Origin: Basidiobolus meristosporus CBS 931.73 | Lineage: Eukaryota > Fungi > Basidiobolomycota | Length of the DNA: 64,000 nucleotides | Assembly: GCA_002104905.1 (NCBI GenBank) | Contig: MCFE01000060.1 | Span: 62,001-126,000, forward strand | Direction: 5' to 3' | In this document: positions 58,099-64,000 of the stretch, one piece after another | Numbering within the stretch: the stretch's first letter is position 1 | Layout: each line of letters begins with the position of its first letter | Translations under genes and position numbers: made by a program | The notes under the pieces: generated by a model | Database searches by the model: none | What the model saw: the letters and a program-made list of their open reading frames with translations, nothing else | Told to the model about the DNA's origin: nothing

Positions 58099-58980
58099 TG
58101 TAGTGGGGTTACAGTGACACCCACTGATAGATGTGCTCATTCCCATATTTTCTACTTCCCTATATTTCTACTACCCTTATTTTAGTTTATCCCATTTTCT
58201 TGCTTGATCAGTATTATCCCATATGCTGGCTGACTATGACACCTGCTTACCTTATTGCATAAGTTATCCCTCACTTTATGTAAGAATAATTGATGTAACT
58301 GCTTCTATATTAGGCAGGTACCCATGCCAGTACCTGTAATACATGACCATGCTGTGCCACTACCCCTACCATTTTCTTACCATATATGGTATCCCTATGT
58401 TACACAGGTTTCTGAATACTGACCACTGATTGGTTGGGCATGCTGTGCCTCTTAGAACCTTCTGGCACCTACATAGAGACATTCTTTGCTCATTTTGATG
58501 TCATTAAGATTCCTATTTGACCACTGGAACCTTCTGGAGCACCATGATAAGTAATCACCCTGCCAGTGAGAAAAGTATATCATGGGGACAATCCCTCATC
58601 AATGATTCATCATCCTGTTTACCAATATACCAACTTGTTGATTGGTATGATCACTGCTTCCTGCTGCTACCTGAGCTTCCAATCCCAGACCACAGGACAC
58701 TCCCATGAAACCATGCTGACAGCCAACAGACCTTGGAGGCACTACTTGTGAGGAATTTTCAGAGTAGGTACCTTTTATTATATTTGATTCTTTACAAAGT
58801 TTATTCTTATACAGGCAAAGATACTGTTCTGTCTTTGTAACTATTGACCATGGCTGCATTCTTATCAAGTTCCTGCTGGTGGAGCTTACAGTTGTTTTGA
58901 CTTTGGAAGCTTTAGTACAATCTCAAAGGTTGCTAAACCCAGTACATACTTTTGTTAAGATGCCAGATAAGTTGGGGATT
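58099..58980 (+). repeat. 3'-truncated LTR family D
   Basis: Starts TGTAGTGGGG; aligns with the reverse complement of 9230-10106. Confidence 0.85.
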
Positions 58981-59199
58981 CTTTGCAGAAATTTACCTAC
59001 ATGACCATTGCTACAATATCAGGCACATGAAACATGCAAATTGGTAAAGTTGCCCAATCTGCACCAAATTATACTCACATGCACTTATGACCTTCTTATA
59101 CTTATTTGTGTGCTTGACTCACTACTGCTATTAGTGGAATATTTGCCTCTGCTGAAAAGTTGGATGGATTTTACTGCCAAGTCTGGATGTTGAAGATGA

Positions 59200-60720
59200 A
59201 GATCACAATATAGAAAATAGGCCTTTGAGAAACTGTTATAGGCTAAGGCTACCGCCCCAACTTTACAAAAGAAGAAGCCTTAAGAACTAGAAGAAGGAAC
59301 AAAGTGTCTTCAACAGCACTTGCCCTGATGTCAAAGATAAATTACTAATTTAATGATGAAGAGAAGCAGGAGAAAAGAGTGCCTGGAAGGCACTAATAGA
59401 CATGTATCAGTCATGCTCAGCAGCTAAGTACATTTATATTTGGCAAAAATTGTGCACTAAAGACATGCTGATAGTTGAAGACTCTAAAATCTAGTCAACC
59501 AAGTAACCCTGCCAGTCAATGTGATGATATCAGTTGACATAGAAAATATCACTAAAGATGTGATTGTAACAGTCCTCTATGGCCTTGTGACAGTCCTAGA
59601 GTCCAGAATGCAAGCATGCATGCTTAGATGTAGTATGTTGACCTTGGTGCATCCCATTACTTGACACACAAAATAAGCTTCTTTCCTGGTGTCAACAAGC
59701 TTAAATTTACAAGGCTCTTCTGAGTAATTACTAAACAAATGATGTAGCTAAGGAGTTAGAACCTCTAACTAGCCTTAGAAGCAGTGAAGGAACCCACACA
59801 CTGATGTTTAAGGGTGTACTTGGTAAACTGGTAATAGCAATCAACCTACTATTGGCAAGCTAGGCTGAAGCAAAAGAACTCAGCTTCTGTTGTGGCAAAT
59901 TTGGGGAATGAAGTACTCCATCACATTTGCTGTTAATTGTATGAGGTCTAAATAGGTCTACTTCTTGGAATGAAGGAAAGAGTCTCTGTTTGAGCCGAGA
60001 GAGTAAGATCAAACTTACTTATGAGCTTGGATACAATCAGTAGCTTAAGCTGTATATTGCAATGACAGGAGTGATAGCAAAGTGCTTTATCTACTACTTC
60101 TTTGTGGCATGAATTGGATACAGACCAAGCAGAAAGCTCCTCAGAGTAATTTGTTACACACAGAGTATCAGGAAACTGCTCAGATTTTATTAAAATATGA
60201 GCTAAAAGTTGTATATGCATATTTCAACTACTGCTTTGAGACTAAGGCCTATATACTCTTCTGCACCAGAGCAAAGAAGCTGATCAAGTCTAGGTATGTG
60301 TTTCCTGCTCAAAACTCAAAATGCCATGAGCAATCCAATCCCAAGTAAATCTTTAATCAGGTTTTGGTAAGAGCCAAACAGAGTAGCTTTGGTCATTGCA
60401 GCAGATAATACATTTGTGTTGCATCCTATATCAGCTCCCAGATATATCACACAAGTTCTCATTCAAGTATTAAGAAGCAGATATTCTGACTAGATTTGAA
60501 GTAGCCCTTGCTATACTGTTAATGAGGATAAGGAATACTGTTTTCATAGAGAGCAGCATCACAGCTATACCTGGAGCTAATCCAAAAATATTCAAGATAA
60601 ACTTAAGCAGTACCAAATGGAAGACTTAAAACCAGCAGTTACTTCAATGGAGACACACAACATAGTCACAATGCAGCCAAATGAATATATGACAAAGCAA
60701 TTGCCTTATTAAGCTGGAGT
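59200..60720 (+). pseudogene. Heavily eroded copia remnants (gag, INT-SH3, RT end)
   Basis: AWKAL-like gag trace; ETKAY...KKLIKSRYV; KYIQDKLKQYQMEDLKPAVTSMET. Confidence 0.5.
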
Positions 60721-61533
60721 AAACTCCAAACCACCCAAAACAACTTCAGTTTCAGCAGCTAATGGAACACTTCCATAATTAACCATGCTGTTCAGCTAGT
60801 AAGAGTGGAGATAAATGATTATGAGGAAGACTTTCAGGTCCACATACTTGAAAACTGAAAACTTGACCCAGTGCTTGGAAAAGATGACTATTCAATCCTA
60901 CTCCTTCAATCAACTGGAGAATTGTTGCTATTTATATCTAAAAGGACAATAAGACTTACAAACTTCTGCTTACCAGACTGGATTTTAACTTGGTCAGTTC
61001 TAATGTGCACCACACAAGTAAACTTAACAAGTCACAGCTATTCCAGCACCTAAAGAAATACGTAAATGTTTCTTATGGTAGAGTTATGTGTGGATTATAC
61101 TACCCTAGCTCCCCAAAAGCTCTACATGAACATATAAGGCTACCACCAGCCAGCATAGCTGTCATGCTATTAACACCAGGGATAGCCTTCCACTGAGAAA
61201 TACACCTTGAAGAGCAAGTCCATTAGAATTGAAAGAAGCAAAGAGACAAATCAAACAGTTAATGGAGCTAGAACACATAGCACCCACTAAGTTAGTATAG
61301 TGAGCCTGATACTTTTTATGAAGGAGAAAAATGACAGATTACTGAAGATGTGCATTGACTACAAGGCGGTGAAATCAGTTACTCTTTAGAACAAGTACTA
61401 CATCACTTGCATTAAGGAGCTTTAGACTAACTTATTGGTGCTACCATATTCAATAAGATTGACATCATGTCACAATACCACCAAATCAGAGTGAAACTGG
61501 AAGATTTCCTTAAAAGTGCATCAAGAACAGAAT
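60720..61533 (+). pseudogene. Eroded gypsy family K protease/RT-start fragment
   Basis: Aligns with 12080-12300 and 13090-13270 (KMCIDYKA, IFNKIDIMSQYHQIRV). Confidence 0.65.
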
Positions 61534-61589
61534 AGACTTGTTCTGTTGGATAGTGCCACATTGAGCCATGATTGCCAAATGATGCAGCC
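61534..61589. repeat. PHIS-TIR MITE fragment
   Basis: AGACTTGTTCTGTTGGATAGTGCCACATTGAGCCATGA, preceded by AAT. Confidence 0.8.
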
Positions 61590-61989
61590 AAATACTCTAC
61601 CTCAATTATAGAGTATTGTTTCTTGCAATTCCAAGTAATGGCTGCAGCATTATATAGTGTTATGATTGTCTGCTTGAGTATTGAAGTGAAATCAGTATTT
61701 AGCCAAACCACTGGGTTAATGTTTAGCTTCTCAGTATATATGTCACCTATCAAATCAGTATTGTCAGTCAGTAGATCCTTATCAGATGGAAACAGATGTA
61801 ATAAGTAGGATCTAATTGGGTGATGATGATGCAATAAAATGAGTTATTGGCCACAATCTACATTGGGAAATACAACTGGTCAGCAAATGATCTTCAAAGT
61901 GCATATAAGGAGCTGCTGGAGCCTAAGTAAAAAGCAGTTCAAGTTTTAGTGAATACAATACTAGCTACCCTTCCTATTCCTCTTCAATG

Positions 61990-62800
61990 TGTATATTAAG
62001 ATATGTCACAGTAGAAACCCATACCCAGTGGTGGAGCTTCTGTCAGTAAGATCCCCACCCCAATCTGGATCTCCATAACCATCCCGTTTTTGGCTATCAG
62101 CTGCTCCAGAGTATTGCAGCGCCATATTTATGCTACCTTGTAGATATCTATAAATTTGCTTAACTGCTATAACATGATCAGATCCACAATTTTGCATAAA
62201 TTGATTTACCATTCCCACTGTCACTGCAATATTTGGATGTGTCAATACTATTAGGAAGATCAGACTACCAATCATTGATTGATATTGACAGTTTTGGTCA
62301 ATATAATAGCATTTTCACCCAACTTGGCTGGGATGTGCTCAATATTAGGTAATTGTCCATGGATTGCTGCAGGCTTCCATGTTTCCACTTCAAAGTGTGT
62401 AAGAATGTCCTGGATATATGTAGACTGATTCAGCTCAGTTTTCTGTGTGGGTTTGTAGAATACAACTTCAATTCTAAGAAAATAGCTTAACTTTCCAAGA
62501 TCTCTCATCTCAAATTTGCCAAAGAGCTTGGACCTTGTCTAATTGGGTGCCTCCTTGTCACTCATAGCTATTAATAGGTTGCCCATATAAAGCATCAGGA
62601 TAGTCACTCCTTTTTTAAGCTGTCTCACATATATATTTTGTGATCTACAGTACTGTAAAGGTACTCAATCATGTTGTACCAGACTCTAGGCACCTACTTA
62701 AGCTAGCACAACAATTTCCAAGTCCATTCACCTTAAAGGGGCCTTTTGCTTGGCAAACCATCTGGCTGCTCCATTTGTATAGTCTCTTGCAAATTACTAT
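61990..62800 (-). pseudogene. pol: Eroded copia RT/RNase H
   Basis: MRDLGKLSYFL, THPNIAVTVGMVNQF, YGDPDWGGDLTDRSSTTGYGF. Confidence 0.75.
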
Positions 62801-63299
62801 TTAGAACAGCGGTTACAATGTCCATTTGGTGTGGATCCAGATTGTATACAGTTGCCAGTGCTAGTATCACAAGTCTTGATATAAGAGTTGTAGAGTAATA
62901 GGGAGTTCAGCTAGCATTGAATTTACTAAAACTTGAACTGCTTGTTTTTGAGGTTCCATCAGCTCCTCATATACATTTTGCCAGATCAATTGCAGAATAA
63001 TTGTATCTCCTAATGTAGGTTGTGGTCAATAACTCATTTGAATGCATCATCACCACCCAGTTAGATCCTATTTTTTATATCTATTTCTCTCTGATAAGGC
63101 TCTGCTGATTCATCTGCGGACTAATACTACTGATTTGATAGATAACACTGATATACTTGTTGGCTAAACATAAAACTAATTGACTTCACTAGAAACTGAT
63201 CTAACTTGATCATTCAAGTGGTAGATCATAACATTCTCCCCTAATAATGCTGCAAATGGATATTGTCTGATATTCATGAGTGGGCATGTCCATTGTGGC

Positions 63300-63813
63300 T
63301 CAAACTTCTTCCAAGTTTGTTTCTCAGCAATACAAAGTTCCCAACTGTCAATGCTTCCAGTGATATAGTCTTATCCAGCCTCTGCTTCATCTTTACTGCA
63401 CTTTGATATACTTTGGCCTGCACCTCTTGATATCTTTGTTCCAGCTGCTGATGTCCACCTGGCTGACTGAGCTCACCCTTCTAAGGCATATCTACACTTT
63501 GTTTTTGCAAGATTTCATGGAATCCCTGGTTCACACCCATTCACTAAGTAAAGTGGCAATTGTTGGGTGGTGGTGTGTACTCTAACTCTACAGGCAAAAA
63601 GTGCTTGGTCTGTAAGCTCATTAAATCTACTGACAGCCCCATTTGCATATTTGATCAGCTTTTTGCAAATAATTCATTGAACTGCTCAGTAACTCCATTA
63701 GTTCTAGGGTAATATGCCAAGGTCTCAGGTGTTTTGATGGCTGATTTTTCAGGTAAGCTTCCAATGTCTTTGCTGTAAAGTTTGCTCCTTTATTGGATAA
63801 AGGCTCTACAGGG
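63300..63813 (-). pseudogene. Eroded gypsy integrase core
   Basis: PRTNGVTEQFN, DQALFACRVRVHTT, LVNGCEP remnants. Confidence 0.55.
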
Positions 63814-63817
63814 CTTC

Positions 63818-64000
63818 TGTGGTAATGGAAAGTATTCCATTACGACAATATCTCTTAACCAATATTGCACTCATTTCTTTATTTTGCTTTTTGCTATTGT
63901 AACACACAAGTGAAAGATCAAGAATTTCCAACTTTGATGAACAAATGCTCCAGACCCTGACAAGCAATCCACCCAAGAATATTATGTCATACAGAACACA
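63818..64000 (+). repeat. Start of an LTR family F copy, running off the window
   Basis: TGTGGTAATGGAAAGTATTCCATTAC is the reverse complement of the end of 31940-33182. Confidence 0.85.

Noticed and set aside
63814-63817. CTTC as the inverted partner of the F1 TSD GAAG (large inversion)
   Set aside because: The adjacent sequence is gypsy integrase, not the expected CACTA continuation (GAAGTTCTTTG). A 4-bp match is likely chance.

Overview
This window is a eukaryotic transposable-element nest with no recognisable host gene, RNA gene or CRISPR array. The host is probably a fungus (inference from a DUF4100-type gypsy gag, Tf1/sushi-type chromoviruses and CpG-biased decay). Contents: (1) a PIF/Harbinger/ISL2EU-group (PHIS, DDE_Tnp_4) DNA transposon with a divergent accessory ORF, plus a 734-bp foldback derivative and MITE fragments carrying the same terminal repeat; (2) several broken CACTA/En-Spm (Tnp2) copies with a divergent accessory ORF; (3) at least two Ty1/copia lineages with a tRNA-iMet anticodon-arm PBS, including a 3.3-kb non-autonomous element with apparently identical LTRs and a perfect TSD; (4) Ty3/gypsy elements: a DUF4100-type family F (two long copies, solo LTRs, G-tract array in the LTR), a chromovirus J with Tf1-like self-priming and a -1 frameshift signal, and older decayed copies; (5) many solo LTRs. 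The most notable observations concern the related LTR families D and E. All 10 readable flanks are NCGN or its CpG-deamination product, which suggests CpG-targeted integration. The D LTR also carries a ~310-bp module homologous to the chromovirus 5' leader. Family letters are my own labels. Alignments were done by eye, so identities and decayed boundaries are approximate.
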